64,000 bases of DNA from Klebsormidium nitens (lineage: Eukaryota > Plantae > Klebsormidiophyceae): positions 96,239 through 160,238 of the forward strand of contig DF237127.1 of NCBI GenBank assembly GCA_000708835.1, given 5' to 3'. Every line of letters begins with the position of its first letter. The first letter of the stretch is position 1. Both the position numbers and the translations under genes were made by a program. The notes under the pieces were generated by a model, which was given only the letters and a program-made list of their open reading frames with translations, ran no database searches and was not told where the DNA came from. This document shows, piece by piece, positions 44,101-55,019 of the stretch.

Positions 44101-47100
44101 TTTGGACTGTCCGGAGCCGACCTCAATGACTGCGTTGGCGGGCTCGAAACGGTACTCCTGAGAATAAGAGGAAAGTGGAATGCATGAGATACGCCGCAAT
44201 TGTCATCTTCATGTTGGGCCACAAAGAACCTCTGCTGCTGAAAGTATTTCGTCTTCTATGTTGCAAGCTATTTCCGCTTTTAGACTTTTTGATTTTTGTG
44301 TCAGACGGAGGGGGGACAAGGATATATGTCTTGATTCTGCGTAATGGGGTCAGCTAGCGACTGAAACCCGTTTCGACAGGACCAGCTTTCTTGTCTAGCT
44401 CAACTGTTCACGACTCCGGGGTTTGAGATTCAAATAAGATTGCTCTCATTTTGTGTTTGAAAAGAAGACGCTTCAGCATTGTTCGTCAACAAGCTGTAAA
44501 GAGGTCGTCGGCAAGCGAAGCGGCGTGTTAAGCTGTCCCATCTCGGACTCGCTGCGAAAACATCATCATGCGGTGCCCAAAAAGCAAACGAGACGGTGAA
44601 ACCTTTTATCAAGTCGCACAGGGTGCGCTGATCCCTCGACGAGCTTCAAGACGCGTGTAGGACCGACGAATGAATGAGACTCCTCATATTCCCAAAGATT
44701 GCTTGGAAAGATAACAGCACACGGGCAATGTGGTCAAAGACGCCAGGATTGTAATGACCAGCTCAAGGCAAGAAAAAAATGCACTTGGTTCAAATCCTGT
44801 CAGCAGCGCTCTTGCTGCCAGATCGCAGTAGTCACCGATCCAGACCGCAGAAGAAGTGGTACAAGTGAAGCGTTCCAAACGAAAAGTACAAGGGCGTGCT
44901 TTCCGTCACAACTTGAATGCAAAGCGCCTAGTCAACAAACGCCCACTGCCCCAAAGAAACGCTCACCTTCAGAAGCGGCTTCAAGTAGAAAGTACCCGGG
45001 AAGAGCTCCTCGAACGTCAGACTGCCCCCCTCTCCAGTAGCGGCGTTCTTTTGGTACCGCTGATCCCCTGACAGCGAGAGCAGAACGGACGGAAGCGGTT
45101 GCTCGGCGCCGGAACCGGGGCCGATTTCCACCACGATCTTGCCCAGCTTCAGCCCCTCGAAAGACCACTTGTCGCCCGGTGTGAACTGGCGGAATTGGAA
45201 GCCGGGCTTGGAGGCGACCGCCTCGTACTCAGCGTCGTCGTAGAGGGGTCCAACCGAGTACCTGCGAAGATTTCGGGTCGCTCGTTGCAAGAAGTCGAAT
45301 GTACCATTTGTAGCTTTACAGGTTTGAGACGAGGGGTCGTTCTGCGTTGCAGGGTTTACGGATGGTACCTAACGGGGGTGAATCCAAACAGATGACAGAA
45401 AACGGGGAAGGGGTTTCGAAGGGCCCCCTTCGTCTCAGATCATTTGTAAGTATCCTACAGAAGCTCGGAAACACAAGAATCGAGCCTCGGAAGTTGAGCT
45501 CGCAGGGACTGGGCGAAGTAAACAGAACAACTTGTGTGGAGGCATCGGTCTAGGGACGCAGTCCTTAAGGGAGTACTTGAGACTCTGGGGCGTGCGTTGA
45601 ATGAAAGTTTTAAGATGTAAACTCAGGAGATCATGTAACGGTTCCGAAACTGCGGATTCAGGAGCAAACATATTCCCAGTTCGGGTCAGTGTACGGTGCG
45701 CTGATTCCTCTTTCCGCATATAAGGATATAGGCTATGTGCATTCCCAGGGTTTTAGGCTTGGTGATTCTGCACGAGGTCAAATGCACGGCGGCTCATCAA
45801 ACAAGCGAACATGTTGCTCGAGCACGCGTTCGCGCATCAAAAGCCAGTCAGGAACAGGAAACTAGGTGCGCGAGCTTCCCCTCCGCAGGCAACCAGGTAT
45901 GCGAGCTTCCCCTGCCAATCGAACAACAAATTTCGACCACCCTCCCGTGTCGTTCTGCAAGTTCCAGACAGCCAGCGAAGGACCACGCCCAATCGAGGAA
46001 ATGGAACGTTTAAACAGCTTGTTGCATGTGCACCAGACCATACTAGGAAAGAAAACTTTCCTAATCCCTAAAAATGACAGGCTGGAGTAGACCGTGTGTA
46101 CTCACTTCCCCCGCTTGTCGGTGAAGGCCGTGACCGCCACCGCTCCGGCCTCTCCCCCGGCCGTTTTGCTCGGGCTCACAAACTTGACCTCCACTTTGAC
46201 CCCCTCCTCCGGAGGGTTGATACTGCCCTCCACTTTCAGCCCCGGGCGACCTTCGAAAGCGGGAACCTTCGCTGGGCATTCTGTGGTGTCAGTTGACGGC
46301 ACCTTTGTCGTCCTGCGAAACATTGACACTTAGATTTCAGATCTTGAACTGGGAAGGGGCGGATTGTGGCACCCATTTTCAACCCCCGCAAGTTTTGAAA
46401 GAAGGGAACCTTTGGGGGCAATAAGTGGTGTCAGCCGACTGCACGTTCGTTGTCCTGCAAGTGTCTGACACCAACTTTTTTTCTTTCGCTTGAAAGCCCG
46501 CTGATGGTGCCCTTCGCTTCGCTCGCGGGGCGAGCTTGGAAGGCGGGAATAACCAAGGGGCTCTCTGTAATGTCACAAAAACAAGAGAGAGAGAGAGAGG
46601 GAGAAAAAGGCGGCACTTCCTTGCCCCCGCAACCCATGCCAGCAAAATCGGACTGACGTTTTCCGTCTTAATACAAGTTCTGGAGGCGGAGACCTTCAGT
46701 CTAGGCAACTTCAAGGGATTGCACTCTCGGTTTGCTCGAGGTAACCATCCTCGCGAAAAATGGTCATGACGCCGTCACCCTCCGGCCCATGGCAGACTTG
46801 ACCGCCGAGGACCTCATTTTGCGGGCACGACCGATCCCATTCAGGACACTGACGTCACTTTGGACGCTTCTGAGCCTTCTCACCAACCGAAAAGAGTTTC
46901 CCGACCCGGCTTCAGCACCTTCTACTCGTGCACGTTTCCAGCTCTGTATTGGTCCCGCTTGTCGGATGGTCCCTCTATATTAGAAAGAGCGGTTTCGGCC
47001 TTTTTCAGTACTGCGAAGATCCGTGGTAGTTCACAAGTGGTGCCAGCTCCTCACCTTGAGCGCGGGTAGAAAAGCAAATTCGAGTGCGCTGGCGTCAGCA

Positions 47101-50100
47101 CCAACGCCTCCCCTGGGGCAGCCCACTTGGCGTACTCGTACACTACAGTGACGTCATCACCCGTCGCTTTTCTGGCCAGCAAGACCGGGATCTTCTCTGC
47201 GGCCGTCCCGGCGCTGCCAGCCGGCGCGCTGCTGACATAGATTTCCTCCGCGAGTGCGTCAGCGTCTGGGACGGTTTTGGAGTCGATCGAAATGGAACCC
47301 CGGGTTAGGAAGTGGGTTAGGCGGAGGTTGATGGGGGCTGGCGCAGCGGTGTCAAACTCGAAGGCCTTCTTGCCGAAGTAGACGCAGGCCCGCTCAAAGC
47401 TCAGGGAGTAGACACCAGGTTTCGGGAGGCAGAACTCTTGGGCGCCCGTTTTGATTGGCGCGTGGATCGCGTCGGAAGCGCTCCCGCCAAACAGCTCGAT
47501 TGTCCCGTTCACCGCGTGGCTCGACTCAACCTTCATGCTAAACCCGGCTTGGGTTAGCTCTAACCCGGTCACGTCCTCCGCGCCCACTTCAAACTCCGCC
47601 TCGCCGTTGTTGACCCAGCACCACGAATTTTGGGTTTTGGCGCTAACCTTGTAATTTCCTGGGGTAATCTCGGAGAACGAAAACTTGCCCTCGGGGTCGT
47701 TTGGTTGCAGGTGCTCGGTTTGGGCAGGGGCGTGGGTTCCAATCGGGGATAAGGTCACGGTTACCGATTCGCCGCAGGGAGGGGATAAACAGATTACCGA
47801 GCCGGAGACGGTGACCTTGGTTGGAGTGAAGTCAACGTTTAGGAGGGGGCCACTGGATACTGCAATAAGGACGGGAATCATTTCGGCAATTGTTCGGGTT
47901 TACTGAATTGCTGATGTTTCATGCAGTTGATCTGGTTGCTTCGGTGTTGAGAATTAAGGTCAGCCACAAGGTCCGCGCAGAAGTGATACTCCCGTTATTC
48001 AGCTGTGCCGAGAATCAAAGTCAACGAGAAGCATGCCAGAGACGAAGAGACACGGGACAATAAGCTGGTTGTACCAGAATCTGGAACACTGACTTCACTA
48101 ATGGAGTGCCAGAGCCGATGGTTAAGCTTTGTATTGCTTGCAGGGTCAACAACGAATGGAGGAAGCGTCGATGGACCTCGAGTCAGGGGCTGCTGCCTTT
48201 GCCTTTCGTTCTGAACATCACCGTTCCCAGATTTCAGCGTCTCCTGTTGAGCTCGTTCAGGAGAGAGACTAGACTTGCCCGAAGAGCTACTTTGCCTTCT
48301 GTTCCACAAGTTGGAAGCCTTCAAGTCTTTTGTTCATTAATCAAGAGCAGCTCCTGTCCGGAAAATTTACCCAGGCACCTTTGAAAGTATCTCGGTAATC
48401 TAGATGCATGCAAAGATTGGCGACTTTCAACTCACGCTTCACTTCTTTGGAGGCCGGGGTGAACAGCACGCCCGCCGCTTTCTCCTGGCTCGACACCACA
48501 GGCGACACCACGTACTCTCCCGCAGGCACGCTGAAGCAGTACTTGCCGCTGCTGGTGTCAACCGGCGCCGTTTTGGGGCCGACTCCAGCCGGCCCGTGCG
48601 TGAGCGCCACTTGGCGCGACGAGGAGTGGTCGGGGGAGATGACGACACCGCAGAGGTCGTACGCGTCAGCAATGACGTCAGGGAGGGTCGCCATGCTTGG
48701 GAGGATGGTGAGGGAACTGAGGGAGGGGAAGCGGTGGTGCGGCTTGGAGGCTTCGATGGTGTACTTGGTAGATGAGGACACCTGCAAAAGCGGGGTTGCA
48801 ACATGCTTCAACACGAACGAACAGATTGTCTTTGTCAAGGTTTGAAGATATCCAAGTCGCGGACTTGGATGAGGAGGGCAACTATGACCGAAAAAGGGGG
48901 ACCCGGAACGATAGTTGAGCTCAATATGTGGCTTTCAAACTCAGAAAACTTGGCAAAGGAGTCCGGGGCAGCAAAAACAGCTCCAACCCGTTCACCATCC
49001 CCTGCGTACTTTGTGAAGGAGCCAGAGACACCCCAAGTCTTGGCCAGAAAGGATACACGAGAGATGCACTGTAAAGCTGGTACTGTACAATAGCAGAATC
49101 AATTGAGCATAAAATGGTCAAGCTGGCAACTAAAAGTTGAAGGACCCTGCCGAGGTTTTTCCTTCAACCCAGAAATTTCGACAGAAGTGAGCGCATGTGT
49201 TTGCAAGTCAATACAGGCCAGCGTGAAGGCGGAACTGAAGCAGGAAAAGCAGACGAGCACTGACGAACTTACAAGTGCTCACGTTCGACACAGCGAATGT
49301 GCAAAGGACTTTAGCGGAAATAGAAGCTGGTACAGTTGAATAGCATAATCAAGGTACACGTTTCTCCATCATGAAAGGTTCATGACGGAAGCCATAGGAG
49401 TTGCGCGACGAAGCAAGACACCCACCTTGTCAATGCTGTATCGGCCATCCGCTGACGTCACACCCCCGTCCGCACCGTTGATGACGATTTTCACGCTCGC
49501 GATGCCTTCTCCCTTGTCATTGAGCACTCTGCCACTTACAGAAAAACCAGTCACCTGAAACAGAAAAGGATTTGTCATACAAGAGCGGATGCTACCAAGC
49601 TTTTTAGCAGCTTATTCTACGGAAGTCTGAAGCAGATCAGCGACGGTCCCCAGCGACACTAGGATTCTTAGAAATGGCGCATTGAACGGGGTGCGAGGTA
49701 CTTTGCGAAGGTGGAGTCACATTCAATGGCGACGAGTAGAATCAAAGAGGATGGAGTCATCTTAAAAGAGCAAAGAGTAAAGTACGACTGATTCGCATCA
49801 TCGTGACTTGAAACGAACTGCGGGTTGCTGGATTTCGACAGAGGGAATGGTCAATTAGTCAACCGACTTGGGTTGGCTCCTTGATTACGGCCCCCCCGTG
49901 CATCAACATTCTAACCGTCATCATTGGCAGCCAAAGATTAAAAGGTCAGAAAAGGCAGCAAGGCAACGTTAGTGTCTGCTCCTCTTGGTAAACGGCGACC
50001 GAGAAACAGGGAAACAGGAAGGAAGCAGATCACAACGGGTGAATGTATCAGCGACCGACTTACCCGAAAATGGACACCCCGTGCCTGATCGTTACCTCCA

Positions 50101-53100
50101 CCTCCACAAGCTATGCGTCCCACCCCGGGCATTCACCTCGATAGAACGGCAACCAAACCAAAACGAAGATAGACAAGCAGAAACTAGATTGAATCTCCGA
50201 CTGATTCACTCGAAACGGCTCTTCAAGAACGGCCCCCCCGTTCCCCACCGTCACCTCGGCCTCCGCAGGCGACACGTCAAACACTGTCTCTTCCCCTCGG
50301 TAAAAGCGCCGACCAGGAAATAACGAGACGGCAACCAGCATGAGGTAGGAAGAAAGTAAATCCCAAAACTGGTGATCTACATAACTGACTCACCCGAAAC
50401 AGCTCCTCGACGACGGGCCCCCCGTGCCCCACCATACCCTGACCTTCGCAGGCGACACGTCAAAGACCGTCTGTTCTCCTCCAGAAATTCGCAACCAAAG
50501 AAGAACGAAGGTAGATAGGAAGCAAATCAGAGAAACACAATCGGACTTTGGAATGACTTACCCAAAATGGCTCTTCAATGACGGCCCCTCCATGCCCCAC
50601 CGTCACCTCGACCTCCGCAGGGGACACGTCAAACACCGTCTGTTCCCCTCGGTAGAATGGTACCAACTTGTACGATGCGCACGGCAGACCCGAGAAGCCG
50701 AACGTGCCGTCTTCTTTGGAGGTAGCCACCGCGAGCGGTTTGCCGTGTCCTGAGGGACCGGTGCTGGACGGCGGGGGGGCGTCCGGGAGCGCTTGGAAGT
50801 CGTCCGAATAAAGGAACACCTGCAGCGGGGCTTACACTAAGAATCTCGACTTTTGGGGGCGATCTAGATGCTAGGAACTGAGGATGACCGGCTTCTGAGT
50901 AGTAGTGTTGCTCCGAAGGCTCGTAGAAGCATACGCAAATTGAGGTGAGAACGGAAGGGTGAAGGGGACTTGGATGTCTTTTCTGGAGTAGAAACCTCTA
51001 CTTGCGAACTCGAAGCTCGGTATCATTGCAGATTCGTAGAGCGCTGAACGCACAATCTGTCGAAGGTCGCTGCCTACTCGGACTAAAACTCCGCGGGTTT
51101 CAAAACGAAACCTAAGCCGCCGAACGCACGAGATGAAAGCATGAGTCAGCTGAAGATCTGCGTTTGGCCCAAGCGTGGTTGGAATGTGCGGCCAGCTTTG
51201 ACTAGAAACTGCAATGCCTCACGAAAGGATCCGCTTACCTGAACGCCTAGGATAGGATTCCCGTCTGCCACGACAGACCCAGTCAGATCGTAGCCGGTCA
51301 CTGTAAAGTCCTTCGCCACAGCTACGTTGCCCCAGTCAATTGTGACCTCCCGCGGCGCCCCGTCCAGCTTCCAGGACGAGTGGGAGGCTGACACCGTGTA
51401 GACGCCTGCAGCCCGCACAGTACTTGGTAAAAACTCAGTGTCAACTGTCGCCAGGGGATGTCCTTCTCTGCTGGATCTGAATATCAGGCTGCCAAACGAG
51501 CGTTCCGATGAACCTTCGGTCCGATCACCGACGGACGCGCGTTGTCAATATCACAAACGCTAAACGTTCCCGCTTTTCTGAAGTATTATGTTGAAGTTGT
51601 TAGTGCTCAGCACTGCCCCAGTACCACTCGCCAAACGACGTTCCACAGGCCTTACAGGTCAGAGTCACCAAGCAAAATCGCTGAACTCACACGCCAAAGT
51701 TGCTCAAACATGCACACCTGCGACACTCACCCGATGGAGAGTTTCTCAATCGTTGTATCCAGGTAAGCACCAGTGCAGACTTTAAGTGCACCGGTCCAAG
51801 CCACCTGACTGCTCATGATGTCAAGTGCTTCCTATATCCCACCGGCTGAAGGCCTACCTGACGACAGGTTTCCGAAAGAGTACCTCCCGTTGGCATCCGA
51901 AACGGCGGACGTCGTGCTGCCGTCCGGTCTCTTCAGTGTCAACTTCACTCCCTCCGGACCGGCATTCCCAGACTGGGGGCAAGATTTGCCTCCAGCTCCG
52001 CTCTTGACACTGCCCGTCAAGGAAAAGCTGCAAGCAGGGAACGAAACGTGACTACCAGATGCAGGTGAACCTTCTTTAAGCGGGGCGTTTGGGTAATTTC
52101 CTTTTCCATCGGGCAAGCGGTCTCAAAGTTGGGGTATCGCTTGCTCTGGTGGTGCTCTTGACAGCGCCTGTCAGAGGACGTGCAAGCTAAGACGGGCAAT
52201 TATTACCAGGCACACATTTGTAGACCGTCCAGATCGCGATATAGTCAAACGGAATATACAAGTCGGAATACCTGTGATCACTCGAAACTAGTTGACATGG
52301 TCCAATCATTGTAGCATGGAGCACGGTACAAGTAGGGCCCTCAACCCAGAGACGTGAACCGTTTTGCTTCAGACCGCTTTTCTAGGCCCAATGCTTCGAA
52401 AGCCCTACGAACGGCATGCCTTGGCGATCAAGAACTGCTGCAATTTGACACAGGCAAAGGCCTGCCCTCCTCTTCATCAAGTCTCCAACATTTGTGACAA
52501 CTAACTCTATTTCCGCCCAGATATCTGACGGAGGTTTGCACCTCACCCCGTGACCTTGAAGTTGACATACTCCTCCGTTCCACACGCCTCGCCAACGTCA
52601 ACGTGCGTGGACGGCGGGTCGAACGTCCACCCATCAGGCCCGGCTACGCGCAGCATGTACGAACCCTGCAGAGACCACGGTCTCGTAAGTATGGCGGCGA
52701 AGAATGGAAGGCGCTTAAAACCCTGTAGATCACTTACTTCGACCAAGTAGATATCAGCCGTTAAAGCTGATAGATGATCGCGCCTGAACATAGATGATTG
52801 TCCCTCGTCAGGCGAAGGTTGGTTTCAAGTCACAGGAGAAACTGCGGATATTCAGCCGGCACTGGGCTCGGGGGCAACGACTTTGCAAGAGATAGGTTAG
52901 AGTCTCTCCTCGTATGGCTTCAAAGGCGGGAGCAGTCAATGTTGCAAGCTTTGGTGCTAGCGACTTCGCTTTTAGCGCTTCAGCATTGTAGTAGGACCAT
53001 AAAGAAGGCAAGTGAAACTTGAAATCCCAAAACATGGCCATCAAGCATTCCTGCATAGCAGACTATAAGGAAAACATCCTCAGACCCAGTCCTTAAAGGC

Positions 53101-54230
53101 GGCTGGCAAGTTCCCAGATTCAGTGCTTCTCACCTTGTCATAGACGGGGATGAAGTAGTACCCATTCGGGGAGCACTCGGTCTTTTCCTTGACCACGCCT
53201 AGGTCGCTAACCAGCTCGACGGAGATGAACGAGTAGTCCAGCTTGGCGGCTGCGGCCCCCCTTGCACTAACCAATGCATGACTTGCCTGAAGAAGGATAG
53301 AAGAAATGTGAGGAGCAAGAGTTCTTAGCCAAATTTCTGATCGATGCGTAGTCTGGAGTTTGCATAGACTGTAACTGTACATAGACTGTAACTGTAGGCT
53401 TTGATCGCTAGAATATATGTGATGAGGGTCATCGTTTTCGAGAGAAGGTGGTAAGCGGTGACCGTCCGCCAGGATCTGGACGAAGTATTGAAGAGAACTC
53501 TGTGCGGCGGAGGACTACTTACGGCTGGGATTCTTAATAGACTCTGACAACTCACTAGGGTCTGCATTTGCATGTCATGAACAAGGCGGCCCAGCTTTGA
53601 TGGTGGAGGTGGTGCAAAAGATGGTAATTGATGACGTTGACCCTCTGCACTTGATCTATCTCCAATGTAGGAATGCAAGAGAGTGACGGGTATGTATCCG
53701 GGCTGCATTTGCAATATGAAGCCAGATTACACCAACAACGCAAGCTAGTGATTGCTGAGTTGGATAACCAAGATCTACCTTTTTCCGTCCCAATTACGGC
53801 ATCTTTTGAGTTTGCCCGATCCCAAATTGTCAAATTGACAAGTTTACGATCTGTCCATGGGTTTACCAAGTTGCACCGTACACTATCAGAACGACACAAG
53901 AGGAGCTGTAGAAAGGAGCAGGCTTGTCGACTGGCGCCACCAAGAAGCGTTACAACTAGGTGGAAGAAACTAATGCAGCGCACGCTCGGTCACTTCATAA
54001 ATGCAATGACGCCGGCATCAGACGCAGTGTAAGTGTCATGCTGGCCCATGCCTCAACGCTGTACCCATTGGCTAAAAGACAAAGATAGGAACAATTAGAA
54101 GATGGGATCAAGATGGCGGACACAAACTACCCACCTCAACAAAACCGCCACATCCAACTATTTCCGCACTGCTTCGCCCCGCAAGCACCACCAAGGCGAA
54201 CACCGCAACGACCCAGACGTTGAACCCCAT
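41112..54230 (-). CDS. NOMO1: Nodal modulator (NOMO) homolog, type I ER membrane protein, ~1210 aa, 16 exons
   Basis: Exons 54230-54135, 53286-53134, 52665-52547, 52027-51858, 51405-51239, 50819-50562, 49554-49426, 48781-48436, 47859-47055, 46312-46106, 45261-44967, 44157-43906, 43570-43406, 42783-42689, 41929-41839, 41396-41112 (3633 nt, phase-consistent). Signal peptide plus GCGGFVE, ECSPNGYYFIPVYDK, VTGFSVSGRV, YLKPLLKEYRFEP, a C-terminal TM helix and a basic tail (RKPVVRRRTSTY). Confidence 0.93.
42232..42412. mobile_element. Small intronic MITE-like element (181 bp), possibly Tc1/mariner-type
   Basis: CCGTACTGCTTTTTAACATCGG (42232-42253) and CCGATATTAAAAAGCAGTACGG (42391-42412) are 21/22 complementary. 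AT-rich interior. The left flank is TA but the right flank is TT, so the TSD is imperfect. Confidence 0.6.
46584..46599. repeat. (AG)8 microsatellite in a NOMO intron
   Basis: AGAGAGAGAGAGAGAG read directly. Confidence 0.8.
50058..50660 (-). repeat. Four degenerate tandem units, each an exon-6 3' end plus a splice donor (NOMO)
   Basis: Donors at 50561 (real, GTAAGT), 50393 (GTGAGT), 50209 (GTGAAT) and 50063 (GTAAGT), each preceded by homologous exon sequence. Confidence 0.88.
53363..53396. repeat. Perfect 17-bp tandem duplication
   Basis: CATAGACTGTAACTGTA x2. Confidence 0.85.
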
Positions 54231-55019
54231 CCTGGCGCTCAGGTGCTGACAAATCGGCCTACCTCAGGCTGATGCTGTGTCCATGCAGAGCAAAAATGGA
54301 GCTCTGCATTCGCTTCTGATCGACTGCTTTTCAAAGATAAGGGTTTCCAAATTGCTCACCTGCGTGAAACCCTGCACTAGCAGGGTTTGTTATCTTGGTA
54401 TCAAACCCTCTTGCAGGTTTTGCTGTTTGAAACGTCGTGAAGTTCCTGTTGCAAGCGCCGGGCACAGTAGAGAGAGTTGAAACCCCTTTCTTCATCGGTA
54501 CCCTATCCACCGAGAATATAAAGCTCTTTCAAACTGCCCGGTATAAATAAGAGTCTGGAGGCGGTGAAAGTGCTTCAAGACAGGAGGAGCCTTAAAGATA
54601 TATTCCGAAAAACCCGAAGAACATAGCCGTCAGAGGAAGGTGCTGTAACCGTGGCCGGCGTAACGTACCTACCTCCCCTCCGCCAGATTTCTACTTTGCA
54701 CCTGAGGTCACTTCAATCAAGGTTTCAGGGCAATTCAGGGCGTCTTCGAAGACTTCGTGTCGTTTGGTCCCATTGTTCAGTTTCGCAAAAAGAGAAGAGA
54801 GAAGAGCAAGGTGGTCCGCCCTGCTGACGCACGCCGGTTTACCTTGCGGGAAGAGGAAGAGGCCTTTGCCAGCTTTCTGGTTACTAGAAGTATAGGCGCA
54901 AAAGCTGTGGCTGCCTGATGTCGCCTTTGCACGACACCATTTCCGCAGCTCGTTGCCCCGCAAGGTGTGCATGTAACGGGTGAAGACGTAAAGTTTTTTG
55001 AGCTGCGGCAGCAATCGAT
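54231..55019. promoter_or_regulatory. Divergent (bidirectional) promoter region between NOMO and the PHD gene
   Basis: Head-to-head start codons 789 bp apart; several AAACCCT/AGGGTTT telo-box-like 7-mers at about 54340-54410. Confidence 0.55.
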
